Shown: positions 45,229-55,183 of the stretch, in pieces
Numbering within the stretch: the stretch's first letter is position 1
Layout: every line of letters begins with the position of its first letter
IMG/VR virus record: IMGVR_UViG_3300005573_000060
Span: 65,698 to 129,697 of that record
Source: a virus
DNA: 64,000 nt
Strand: one strand, 5' to 3'
The notes under the pieces: model-generated
The model's database searches: none
Seen by the model: the letters and a program-made list of their open reading frames with translations, nothing else
Told to the model about the DNA's origin: nothing
Position numbers and translations under genes: made by a program

Positions 45229-47184
45229 ATGCCTTCTATAAAAGTATGGAATAGCGAGCTTGTACAACAAGCAATAGATAAATTGCGCATGGGTATCCAA
45301 ACAGATTTGTCCTGTTTTCATGAAAATGATATTGAGTTAAAAGCTGCTAATATTTTATTCCAATTAACTTCAGAGGAAACAGATGAATTTGATAAGTGCT
45401 CTCGTGATATTGTATATTTTGTTGAAAAATATTGTAGATTTTTAACAGATAAAGGTAGAACTGTTGTTAAATTAAGAAGTTATCAAAAGAAAATATTAAG
45501 AGCTTTAGCAGATGAAACATATGATGATAAACTTAATGATTTAGTTCCTAAAGTTAGAAATATCATAATGCTTCAAAGCAGACAATCAGGAAAAACTACA
45601 ACCATAACAGCTTATTTTGCTTGGTATATGTGCTTTCATTATGATAGAAATTTAGCCATTTTGGCTAATAAACAAGCTACTGCATTTGAGATAGTAAGTA
45701 AAGTTACAGATGTTTTTAAAGGCCTCCCTTTCTTTTTAAAGCCAGGAATTATAAACATAGGTTCAGGTGGAATGAGGCTTGATAATGGTTGCTTTTTAAC
45801 ATCTCAAGCTACAACGAAAACCGCTCAAATAGGTTTTACTATTCATGTACTTTACGCGGATGAGTTTGCTCACATACAAAAATCAATAGCAAATGATTTC
45901 TGGAGATCTGTTTATCCTACTCTCTCTTCATCAAATATTTCTCAATGTATCATTTCATCTACTCCAAATGGTACTGATAATATTTTCTTTGAAATATGGG
46001 ATAAATCACAAAAGGGGTTAAATAGTTTTGTCGGTATTAGAGTTGATTGGTGGGAAGTTCCCGGAAGAGATGAAGAATGGAGAAAGAAAACGATGGCTGA
46101 TTTTGGAGAGGAAAATTTCGCTCAAGAGTTTGAATTGAATTTTAATGTAGGAGGTTCGAATCTTCTTTTACGTGGAAATGATTTAATGTTCATGAATAAA
46201 ATAGAAAAGCAATATGTTTTTCATGAGTTAAAAAGAACAGATTTAGACGAATCTTTATATAAAAACTTAAAATGGCATCCTAATTTTGATCCAAATGATA
46301 TTTTTGATTCTAAAAAATATAGATTCGTATTAAGCGTTGATACAGGAGAAGGAAAAGATGAAGATGAATTGAAAGATAATGATTATAATGTATGTAATAT
46401 ATTCAAAGTTGAACCAAAGAGTATAAGCAGTTTAAAGAAACTTAAAAAGGATAAACTAAACATTAAAAATATGTTTAGATTAGTACAAGTTGGTTTATAT
46501 AGAGATAATATAAAAGATGAAGAAAATTGCGCAAATGTAACGAAAGCTTTAGTTTTTGATCAATTTGGTTCAGAACTTTGTAAAGTAATTATAGAAATGA
46601 ATTTTAATGGAAAGTATTTCTTAGATAAATTAGCAAATCACAGCAAATATGACGAATCAGTTATATTACACACATATCATACGAAACCTATTCCCGGTGA
46701 AAAAACGCCAAGAAAAAAACCTGGATTTAAAGTAACGGGACAAAATAAAGATATATTCTGCAAATTATCAAAAAAATTAGTTAACGAAAAAACTTTAATA
46801 TTAAATGAAAAAGAAACAATAAAAGAATTTAAATCATTTGGTAAAACAAAAAATGGAAAATGGAGAGGAATTGGATGTCATGATGACATTGCAATGAGTA
46901 CAATAAACATATCTCATTTGTATGAAGAAAAAGACTATGAAGATTGGCTATATGATTTTTTAAATGAAATGGAAGAATCTGATGTTAAAAAATTAATGTT
47001 TGAATTACTTGAAGAATATACAGAAAATACTGATATTAATGATGAAATGTTTCATGATATTTATCTTAATGATGAAGATAATGATGCAAAAAAGTTAGAT
47101 GAAATTTATAGAAAGATATATAGAAAACAAACAACATATAAATATAAACCAAGTTTTACATTTGATAAAAATTTTCATATATAA
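45229..47184 (+). CDS. gp17: Terminase large subunit (T4 gp17-like)
   Basis: SRQSGKTT Walker A, VLYADEFAHI Walker B, ISSTPNG, VDTGEG, HDDIAMS. Confidence 0.95.
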   Translation: MPSIKVWNSELVQQAIDKLRMGIQTDLSCFHENDIELKAANILFQLTSEETDEFDKCSRDIVYFVEKYCRFLTDKGRTVVKLRSYQKKILRALADETYDDKLNDLVPKVRNIIMLQSRQSGKTTTITAYFAWYMCFHYDRNLAILANKQATAFEIVSKVTDVFKGLPFFLKPGIINIGSGGMRLDNGCFLTSQATTKTAQIGFTIHVLYADEFAHIQKSIANDFWRSVYPTLSSSNISQCIISSTPNGTDNIFFEIWDKSQKGLNSFVGIRVDWWEVPGRDEEWRKKTMADFGEENFAQEFELNFNVGGSNLLLRGNDLMFMNKIEKQYVFHELKRTDLDESLYKNLKWHPNFDPNDIFDSKKYRFVLSVDTGEGKDEDELKDNDYNVCNIFKVEPKSISSLKKLKKDKLNIKNMFRLVQVGLYRDNIKDEENCANVTKALVFDQFGSELCKVIIEMNFNGKYFLDKLANHSKYDESVILHTYHTKPIPGEKTPRKKPGFKVTGQNKDIFCKLSKKLVNEKTLILNEKETIKEFKSFGKTKNGKWRGIGCHDDIAMSTINISHLYEEKDYEDWLYDFLNEMEESDVKKLMFELLEEYTENTDINDEMFHDIYLNDEDNDAKKLDEIYRKIYRKQTTYKYKPSFTFDKNFHI

Positions 47185-47293
47185 AAAATAGTTATTTTTT
47201 ATTTTTTTAAGTAAAATATATAATAAAAGAATGTTACTATTTTTTATGAATAAATAAATAGATTCATAATAGAATAAAAATAATTAAATTAAT

Positions 47294-49753
47294 ATGGCAA
47301 GAGTTTCATTAGACTTATCACAATTTAAATCAGCTGGAGTCTATACAATAGAGATAGATAATACAGAACGTATAACAGTTACAACTCAATCATTAAGATT
47401 AGTCCCCGGGTTTTCTACACAAGGGCCCTTTAATACACCGGTTTTTATAAGATCAACAAAAGATTTAGAAAGATTTTATGGCCCGTTAGATGTTAAATTG
47501 GAAAAGAAGGGATCATTTTTTCATAGATCATTGCAGACATGTTTATTAACATCTCCAGTTTTTGCCATTAACTTACTTAAAGTTGATGATAATCCCAATT
47601 CTCCTACAAGAGATGAAGTGGAATATATTGGTTTAAATTTAAGTTCATGGAGTGAGGAAGATGTTTCATTATATAATGATGCAAAAAATGATTTATTTGT
47701 TAATTTCTTTAATCGTCAAAGATTTTGGACACCTGATCCAGAATATTTACAGGGTGTAGTAGTTAATGGATATGGAGCAGCTTCTGCTCTAGAAGCTCCT
47801 CTATTTCAATTAGTAAATTTAAGTACTAAGAAATTATCATTCATTATAAGAAAAGCTCAAGGATTATCACAGTATAGTGTATTTGCGAAAGATTGGTATG
47901 GCTCAGAAAATAATATTCCATACGAATGGATTAGACCGTATGATTTAATAAAGGATTTCTTTATTCAGGTTATTGCAGTTGAAGGTGATTGGACAAATTA
48001 TTCAGCGTTATCAACTGATCCTTATTACTCACAATTTTTTAACGCCAACGGAATTATTCCTAATCAACTGCAAAATTTCTTAAATTCTGCGAATGTTAAT
48101 TTAGTTGGATCGTGGGTGGGATGTATTATTCCAGACTTTAAGGATAAAACCGGTTCTGAACAGTATATTGAAACTATAATTAATGGTTCAACTCCTTTAA
48201 CAGGAATATTGATGAACATCAATCATCAAGCATTAGATCAATTAAATTGGAATGAATCTGTAAATAAATGGGTTATTGGTGAAGGAACAACAGAAACTCC
48301 ATATCAAGTTGATTTGGTTGGGCACAATTTGATTGATAAAGATGATTCAACACCCATTAAAACTGTATTCTTAAGTTATGATATAGATGTAAGTGATGCT
48401 ATAATTCACTTAAATCCAGATGTTAGTGTAGCAGATTCAACATACAAGAAATTTTATGTTCCTGTATCTGACGCCGCAATGATAACAGTAGGTTCTTTGG
48501 TAAAGAAAAAAGTTGCTTCTGGTGAAATTCCCGGAGTTACATATGTTACCTCTAAAATATTTGATGGTTCTAGATATGTAATAGAAACTGCTGAACCGGC
48601 TGAAGATGGAGGAGGTTGTTGCCTTACAGTTCAAAAATCTATAGATGACGCATCTATTGCTACACACTATAAGTTTATTCAATTAGATGGTTTAACTCTT
48701 AAAAATAGGCATCTTCCTGGATTTGATGAATCAGGAGCGCCCTCTGTAGAAGAAGGTGTAAAGAAGATTTATGGAATGCTAGAAGATCCTGGAGTTAGAA
48801 GAGGATTAACAAATCCAGATATGATACAGTATCGTTATATTGTTGATACTATGGCATATGGTCTTAGGTCTGAAATGGGTGGAAAGGCGTATCTTTCAAG
48901 ATTAGCAAAAGCTAGAGGAAAGACAACTGCTATTATTAATGCTCCATCTATGGCTCAGTTTGCATCTTCTGCCGATCCATATTTCTGCGACACATTTGTA
49001 AATGGTGTTGATCCTACTCCAATTTTTAATACAATGTATATTCCGCAAGGTGGAAATCCAGATATGCCGAGATCATTTAAATTTAGTTTCCCAACAGAAG
49101 AAAATGGTTCTAAATATTCCGGAATATTTGGTCCATTCTTAAAATATAATGATGGAGGAAAAATTATAACTGTTCCTCCGGCAGCAGATGTAGCTAATGC
49201 ATATGTAAGAAAATTTTTAGGAGGAGATCCTTATGCAATTGTAGCTAATCGACAAGGTATTCTTTCTAATCCAAATATTGCGGGTGTAGAATACAATATC
49301 GATAAAGAAGATAGAGATTATCTTGAACCATTTGGATACAATTCAATTATAGAAAAACCATCATCTGGACAAGTAATGATTTATTCAAATGCAACTGCGT
49401 TCCAAACTGTAAAGAGTGATTTTAACAACTTACATGTTAGAGAACTTCTTAATACTCTTGAATTAAAGTTTGATGAAGTATTACAGTCTTATGTTTATAC
49501 ACGTAATAATGCAATAACAAGATTAAACATTGTAAATTCAATTACTCCTATTCTTGAAACAGCTAAAGATGCTGGTGCAATTGAAAAATATGAAATTACA
49601 ATGGATGAATCTAATAATACATCAGACATTATAGGAGAAGGATTTGGAATAATTGATATAGGAGTTTGGGTAACCGGAGCATTAAGTAAGATAGTTAATA
49701 GAATTACATTAAATAGAGATAAAGGTATAAGTTCAGGCGGATTTTCAATTTAA
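47294..49753 (+). CDS. gp18: Tail sheath protein (T4 gp18-like)
   Basis: SAGVYTIEID, GPFNTPV, VPPAADVA, DRDYLEPFGYNSII, HVRELL, N.ITRLNI. Confidence 0.93.
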   Translation: MARVSLDLSQFKSAGVYTIEIDNTERITVTTQSLRLVPGFSTQGPFNTPVFIRSTKDLERFYGPLDVKLEKKGSFFHRSLQTCLLTSPVFAINLLKVDDNPNSPTRDEVEYIGLNLSSWSEEDVSLYNDAKNDLFVNFFNRQRFWTPDPEYLQGVVVNGYGAASALEAPLFQLVNLSTKKLSFIIRKAQGLSQYSVFAKDWYGSENNIPYEWIRPYDLIKDFFIQVIAVEGDWTNYSALSTDPYYSQFFNANGIIPNQLQNFLNSANVNLVGSWVGCIIPDFKDKTGSEQYIETIINGSTPLTGILMNINHQALDQLNWNESVNKWVIGEGTTETPYQVDLVGHNLIDKDDSTPIKTVFLSYDIDVSDAIIHLNPDVSVADSTYKKFYVPVSDAAMITVGSLVKKKVASGEIPGVTYVTSKIFDGSRYVIETAEPAEDGGGCCLTVQKSIDDASIATHYKFIQLDGLTLKNRHLPGFDESGAPSVEEGVKKIYGMLEDPGVRRGLTNPDMIQYRYIVDTMAYGLRSEMGGKAYLSRLAKARGKTTAIINAPSMAQFASSADPYFCDTFVNGVDPTPIFNTMYIPQGGNPDMPRSFKFSFPTEENGSKYSGIFGPFLKYNDGGKIITVPPAADVANAYVRKFLGGDPYAIVANRQGILSNPNIAGVEYNIDKEDRDYLEPFGYNSIIEKPSSGQVMIYSNATAFQTVKSDFNNLHVRELLNTLELKFDEVLQSYVYTRNNAITRLNIVNSITPILETAKDAGAIEKYEITMDESNNTSDIIGEGFGIIDIGVWVTGALSKIVNRITLNRDKGISSGGFSI

Positions 49754-49797
49754 CATAATAAAAAAGAATAAATATAAATAAAATAAAATAAAAAATT

Positions 49798-50394
49798 ATG
49801 GCAGATTTTAACAGTCAAGGTAGTTTCGGATTAAGCCATTTTAGAAACTCTAGAGCATCTCAAGAATTATATGAACCAGTATATTTGAATTTGTTTACTA
49901 TACAAATTCAATTACCTCCAGGTGTAGGAGCTTCTGATGAAGATACTGATTTATTACTAGAAAATGTACAAAATATAGGCGGTTTGAAATCACATAAGTT
50001 TCCCACAAGCGCCGTAACACAGTATTATAAATGGGCCGCTAGAAGATTTGCTGGCGCAAAACCTTCAGAAACAACCATGGATTTAACTATTGATTTTGAA
50101 GTAAACTTAGATAGAACTCCAAGCGCATATATTCTTAAAACATTAAGAAAATGGTGTGACTTGGTTTACGATCCTCTTACAGGAAGAACGGGATTGAAGG
50201 CAGATTATGTTGCGCCCTGGATGCTGATAACTATGTATGATAGAGCTGCAAGACCTTTTTGGCAATGGAAATGTTATAATGTATTTCCTACTACAGCTTT
50301 ACCTGAACCTGCGCTAGGGTATCAATCAGAAGAAATTTATAAAATAACTGGTTTTGGAATTGCAGTTGATAATTGGGACGAAACTATTGTGTAA
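49798..50394 (+). CDS. gp19: Tail tube protein (T4 gp19-like)
   Basis: Follows sheath; EPVYLNLF, LRKWCDL.YDP.TG, YNVFP, D.WDE. Confidence 0.85.
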   Translation: MADFNSQGSFGLSHFRNSRASQELYEPVYLNLFTIQIQLPPGVGASDEDTDLLLENVQNIGGLKSHKFPTSAVTQYYKWAARRFAGAKPSETTMDLTIDFEVNLDRTPSAYILKTLRKWCDLVYDPLTGRTGLKADYVAPWMLITMYDRAARPFWQWKCYNVFPTTALPEPALGYQSEEIYKITGFGIAVDNWDETIV

Positions 50395-50412
50395 AAAAAC
50401 TTAGACATTTAA

Positions 50413-50441
50413 AAAAGGATTAGTTAAATACTAATCCTTTT
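50413..50441. terminator. Bidirectional terminator
   Basis: aaaaggattag-ttaaata-ctaatcctttt between convergent genes. Confidence 0.75.
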
Positions 50442-51701
50442 ATTTTGCCATACATACTTATTATTTCCTATTCCCCATATTCTTGCATAACCTTTTTCTT
50501 GCATTATTTCTGCTTCAGTTTTATTTGGATCTGCACCATTCTTTACTAAAATATGTTTCATAAAACTACTTCTATGATATCTTTTTTGAAAATCAGTCCA
50601 CCAATAGTTTATTTTAGTATGACCTAAATCATCAAATCCTAAAATACTATATATATTTCCATCACCAATATCTAAATTTGCGTATGTTGTAATTTTAATA
50701 GGGTTGTAATTATCCACAAAATATTTAAATAATTTTGAAGCCCCGCCTCTTACATTATATCCTAATTTAGAACAAAATCTAAGTAATTCATATTCATTTT
50801 CTTTAGACTTTTGCCCCAAAATAAATCTTGTTTTTCCAAATGTCATTATTGAAACTAGTTCTTCATTATAAAATAAACCTATATTAAAAGAAGAAGGACA
50901 ATTTCCTTGAATATGATTATTATTTAAAAAAATAGTTTTTTCTAAAGTATTTAATTCTTTTATTTCACATTTTCTTGCATCTATTTTTTGTTGATTACTA
51001 TTTACAGCATTACACAAAATAGATTTTACAATATTTTGTTTAAATTTCCAATCATCTTCCCATATAGTTATTATTTTTATTCCATTATTTTTAAAAAATA
51101 TAAATTTATCATAATGATAAGTTTTTTCTCTATTTTTCTCACTATGCCAGTATAAACCATTAAATTCTATACCTAATTTTAAATCTGGTAAATAAATATC
51201 TAGTTCATTATTTTTAAATTGCCTATAGTTTTTTTCTATTTTTTTATTATAAACTTTTTTGATAAAATCATAAACTTCATTTTCTTCTTTACTAGAAAAC
51301 ATCATATTTTTATGATCTTTACAATATAAAGTAAAACCAAACCCAGGTGGCTTTAATAACTCACATTTATTGTTACAATTTTTTAAATTACATTTTGGTG
51401 ATTCATAAATTTCATTTTTTAGAAAATATATTTTATCTGAAAATTTTAAATTTAAAGAATTTTGTATTTTATTTCCAGCTACTTCTAAACATATTATAAA
51501 TTGTAAAATACACGGGAGACAACAAATAATTCATTATAAAGAACTAAATAACGTTAAAATTCCAGATGAATATAAAATTTTATGTCCAAAATGTAGAGAT
51601 TTTTATTTAAGTGATTTATATATACCGACAGAAGAAGATAAAGAAAAATGTATAAAAGCATTAAAATCTATTCATTTTTGTTCTTCTAAAATACAAAATT
51701 C
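50424..51701 (-). pseudogene. Hef-like homing endonuclease, 5' part scrambled
   Basis: ELDIYLPDLKLGIEFNGLYWHS nuclease motif plus RFCSK...GGASKLFKYF domain. Frame stays open upstream of the track start to 51530. A further N-terminal segment (INCKIHG, CPKC) now lies inverted on the plus strand. Confidence 0.75.
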
Positions 51702-51715
51702 AATAAATTAAATAA

Positions 51716-53029
51716 TTAATCATAAAAAATATAATTTAAAACCATACTTTTATGACTTGAATTTTGCTGAAAAACTCTAAAAGATTTTTTACAATCTTCT
51801 AAAGAAACTCGATATTTCAATTTCAAGTTTTTTATTTCAAGAAAGAACTCTTTCCAATCTTTATATTTAGTAGCCATTTCCTTCCATTGGTGTTTTACCA
51901 ATAGATCTGGATAGAATGCATTCCTGTTTTTCTTTACTCTATATTCAAAGCCCCTTCTTGCAATCTCTATTGAAGCATTTACTGCATCTGTATAATCATA
52001 CCGTAAATTTCCAATGAAGCTTGAGTAAGCTGGATTAACTGAATAAAGTTTGATTCCTTCTGTGTTTAATCTCTTATTTAAATTGTTGATGAATAATTCT
52101 CTTTTCCAAAGATTTTTGTTTTTTCTATTTCCTATATGATTATGTTTTTGTTCTTTATTTAACTTTTGTTTAAAATGTAAATCTTCAATAAAAACTGACT
52201 TGCAATTGAATTGTTTTGCTAGATTTGCAATCGATTTACTTATTTCATAGGTTTCAAACTTTAATTTATTTTGAAAGTATTTCATTCTGTCTGAATTTGT
52301 ACTCAGCTTTTCATTTAAAATTTTGTTAAAAATAGGCTTCAAACTAAATTCTTGAGTATAGATAATATTTTCATTTTCTAAAATAGAAATTCCAATAGTA
52401 TCTGGATTTAAATCAATGCCCAAGTATCTGTTTTCATTTAAATTTCTGGCCTTTTCACTTTTAAATTCTTCAAAACTTATATAGATATATTCTAAATCAA
52501 GTCTAATTGAATAAGTATATCCTTTTTGGTGTTTAACCTCATTAAGTTGTTGAAGCTTGAATAATTCATTCTTTATATTGTTTCTTAAATTGGGTAATTT
52601 TATTTCAATATGTTTGTTCCTATTTAATTTAAAGATGATTTGATTGTTTTCAATTATATCTAACTTAAATGAACGATTACCTTGTCTAAGTACTTCACCT
52701 TGACTGTTTAAAGGACTTAATCGTTTAAGCTGATACTCTTCTTTTGATATTTTACCTTGGCATCTTAAGATGAAATTCTTTTTTCCACCAAATATAACTT
52801 TTTCATTACTAAATCTTGAGTGAATTGCTTTAGCATCTTTGATTGCGCATTGAATTAACCAAGAGTTTAGCAAATCAACAGTGTTTAATGATTTAGTTAA
52901 ATATCTAACTTCTTTTTCTGTTTTATTTTCAAGAAAACGATTATAACTATGCCTAACAACAGATGAATATTGTTTAAGTATAGGTGTTAAATCTTCAGAT
53001 GATTTATATGGAAGCTTAATCGTTTTCAC
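51716..53029 (-). mobile_element. tnpB: TnpB-related RuvC nuclease (IS200/605/607 accessory type, no Zn finger), no TnpA nearby
   Basis: YLGIDLN (RuvC I), VFIEDL (II), VNPAYSS...DAVNASIEIARR (III); GTG start. Confidence 0.85.
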
Positions 53030-53106
53030 TTCGTTATTACTTTAACTATATAAAACATAATATATATAATATAAAATATATATTAAAGAAAATTATATTT
53101 TTTATG
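51721..53106. repeat. 17-bp perfect inverted repeat bracketing tnpB
   Basis: cataaaaaatataattt (51721-51737) / aaattatattttttatg (53090-53106). Confidence 0.6.
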
Positions 53107-53163
53107 TTTTTTTATCATAAATTATTGTTAATTTTTAATATAGAATTATAAAATTTTACGCAA

Positions 53164-53352
53164 ATGCTAGAAGATAAAGAAAAACAAGAAGAAACCCTTA
53201 AAAATTACGTTGAACAACAAGAGGGCCTGCCTTCAATTGACCCCATAGGGCCTAAAATTATCGAAGTTCCAACAACACAAATACCTTGGCAAAGAGAAAA
53301 AAACTTTCCTTTAGGAAATCAGATTGGGTGGATTCCGCTTCCAATAAAATAA
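53164..53352 (+). pseudogene. Truncated duplicate of the N-terminus of the tail chaperone gene 53861-54862
   Basis: QEG...IGP.I.EVP...IP..REK..PLGNQIGWIP shared; stops after 62 aa. Confidence 0.75.
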
Positions 53353-53370
53353 AAATAACAACAATTTAAT

Positions 53371-53781
53371 ATGAAAGCAAAATTTGTTAAATCATTTTTA
53401 CCCGAAGAATGGGTTTCTACAGATACAGGAATAGACAGATATCTTGATAATGCATCTACTAGATATTATCGCGCGAATAAGAGTGATAAAAAAACAGAGG
53501 AAGATGAGGATGAAGATAGCTACAAAGAGAATAATGATGAAGATGATATAATTTCTCAATATGTACCATCGCCCGATGTGAAACTTACGCCCGAAGATTT
53601 TAAAATGTACGTTGATCAACTTATAAATTTTATATATAAAAAAGACCCAAAATTAGCGTTTCATATTTTTGTAAATGTCATTAAGACTCATCCTTATATT
53701 TCTAAGAGACCTGTGGGGTTTCATGGTGAAAATTTATACAAAAATACAATAGAAAAATTCTTATCACTTTATAAAGTCTAA
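53371..53781 (+). CDS. Hypothetical protein with acidic tract
   Basis: 136-aa ORF between the two chaperone copies. Confidence 0.55.
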   Translation: MKAKFVKSFLPEEWVSTDTGIDRYLDNASTRYYRANKSDKKTEEDEDEDSYKENNDEDDIISQYVPSPDVKLTPEDFKMYVDQLINFIYKKDPKLAFHIFVNVIKTHPYISKRPVGFHGENLYKNTIEKFLSLYKV

Positions 53782-53860
53782 AGGTACGAAAAATACATCT
53801 ATTTTTCTTTGTGAAACTTTAAAAATTTTTTATATATAAAATATATAAATAAAAAATACT

Positions 53861-54862
53861 ATGAATAATTACGAAGCATCTGATAAAGAAAATCAAGAAA
53901 AAATTTTAGAGGAGTATGTTAAATCACAAGAAGGTACATCAGATATTGTAAACTCTTCGGTTTCAACTATAGGGCCTCCTATAACAGAAGTTCCTAATGC
54001 AAAAATTCCTCAAGAAAGAGAAAAAAGTTATCCTCTTGGAAATCAAATAGGGTGGATACCAATTCCTGTTAGAGATCTCCCGACACAAGGATTGTTTTAT
54101 CCAGAAGGAACTGCAATTGCCATTCGTTCTGCTACTGGCGCAGAAATAAGACACTGGTCTACGCTTAACGATGATCCTAATACTAATCCTAATTTTCTTT
54201 ATGATATGGATGATATGGTAAACTATATCATAGAGAGATGTGTAACAATAAAAGCTCCCAACAATGAAAATGGTGTATATTTATCATGGAAAGATATAAA
54301 AGAAATTGATAGATTTTATTTACTTTTAGCTATTCACGAATTAACATTTCCAGAAGGAGAAAATAAACTTCAAGTAAAGGTAGATGAAAATAAATCAATT
54401 GATGTTAGAAAAGAAATGGTTAGCTATATAACAATAGACCCTAAATTAATGAGACATTATGATGAAGTTGATAGATGCTTTGTATTTAAAAAAGGAGAAA
54501 AATTTATAAAAGTTGATATTCCAAGCATAGGAGTTACACAGTGGATTAAAAGTTACATTTTAAGAAAACAACAAAATCAAGAAAGCTTTGATATGGATTA
54601 TTTAAATTATGCTCCATTTCTTATTAGAAATTGGAGAGGTTTAAATGATACTGTATTTAACAAATATGTAGAAGAATCTTATAAATGGGATATAAATACT
54701 ATTTCCTTATTAGCTAGTATTAGAAAAATATTCTCAGATACAATTAATCCTGTAATTAAATATGTTGATGAGGGAGGTACGGAGCATATAGCTCCACTCA
54801 ACTTTCAAGGGGGGATTAAATCTATTTTCCTTATTTCAGATCCATTTAGCCAACTGGAATAA
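53861..54862 (+). CDS. Tail assembly chaperone/baseplate-hub protein (T4 gp26-like)
   Basis: LPTQGLFYPEG...IRSATGAE; position between tube and tape measure. Confidence 0.7.
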   Translation: MNNYEASDKENQEKILEEYVKSQEGTSDIVNSSVSTIGPPITEVPNAKIPQEREKSYPLGNQIGWIPIPVRDLPTQGLFYPEGTAIAIRSATGAEIRHWSTLNDDPNTNPNFLYDMDDMVNYIIERCVTIKAPNNENGVYLSWKDIKEIDRFYLLLAIHELTFPEGENKLQVKVDENKSIDVRKEMVSYITIDPKLMRHYDEVDRCFVFKKGEKFIKVDIPSIGVTQWIKSYILRKQQNQESFDMDYLNYAPFLIRNWRGLNDTVFNKYVEESYKWDINTISLLASIRKIFSDTINPVIKYVDEGGTEHIAPLNFQGGIKSIFLISDPFSQLE

Positions 54863-55106
54863 GATAGAGTTTATATTTGCTCATAAATTGCACATTCCTC
54901 CATCTGAACTCGAAAGATTGGAGTACTATCGTATTTATTATCTTATTAAAGAGTACGAAGAATATCTTAAAAAAGAAAACGAGCAATACGAAAAACAGAA
55001 GAAAGAGGCAGAAAAGAGTAGCAAATTTAGTTCATCATCTGCAGATTTCGGTGGATTTAAAATTCCTAAATTTGATATCCCTAAATTTGATGTACCAAAA
55101 TTTTAA
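54810..55106 (+). CDS. gp51-like/gpT-like chaperone extension, probably reached by frameshift
   Basis: Track gives TTG start 54888. The frame is open from 54792 with no ATG and overlaps the upstream gene across a G6 run. HIPPSELERLEYYR...KKENE. Confidence 0.6.
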   Translation, partial: GGLNLFSLFQIHLANWNKIEFIFAHKLHIPPSELERLEYYRIYYLIKEYEEYLKKENEQYEKQKKEAEKSSKFSSSSADFGGFKIPKFDIPKFDVPKF

Positions 55107-55183
55107 TTGTTCTCAATGACGTATTCATAAAAGCATTTTTCTCAATTATTTAAATATATAAAATAAATTTATATTGTTTGTAA

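Noticed and set aside
51716-53029. Compact Cas12f/CasPhi effector
   Set aside because: No repeat-spacer array seen nearby, and motifs fit TnpB-related proteins; cannot be excluded if an array lies elsewhere
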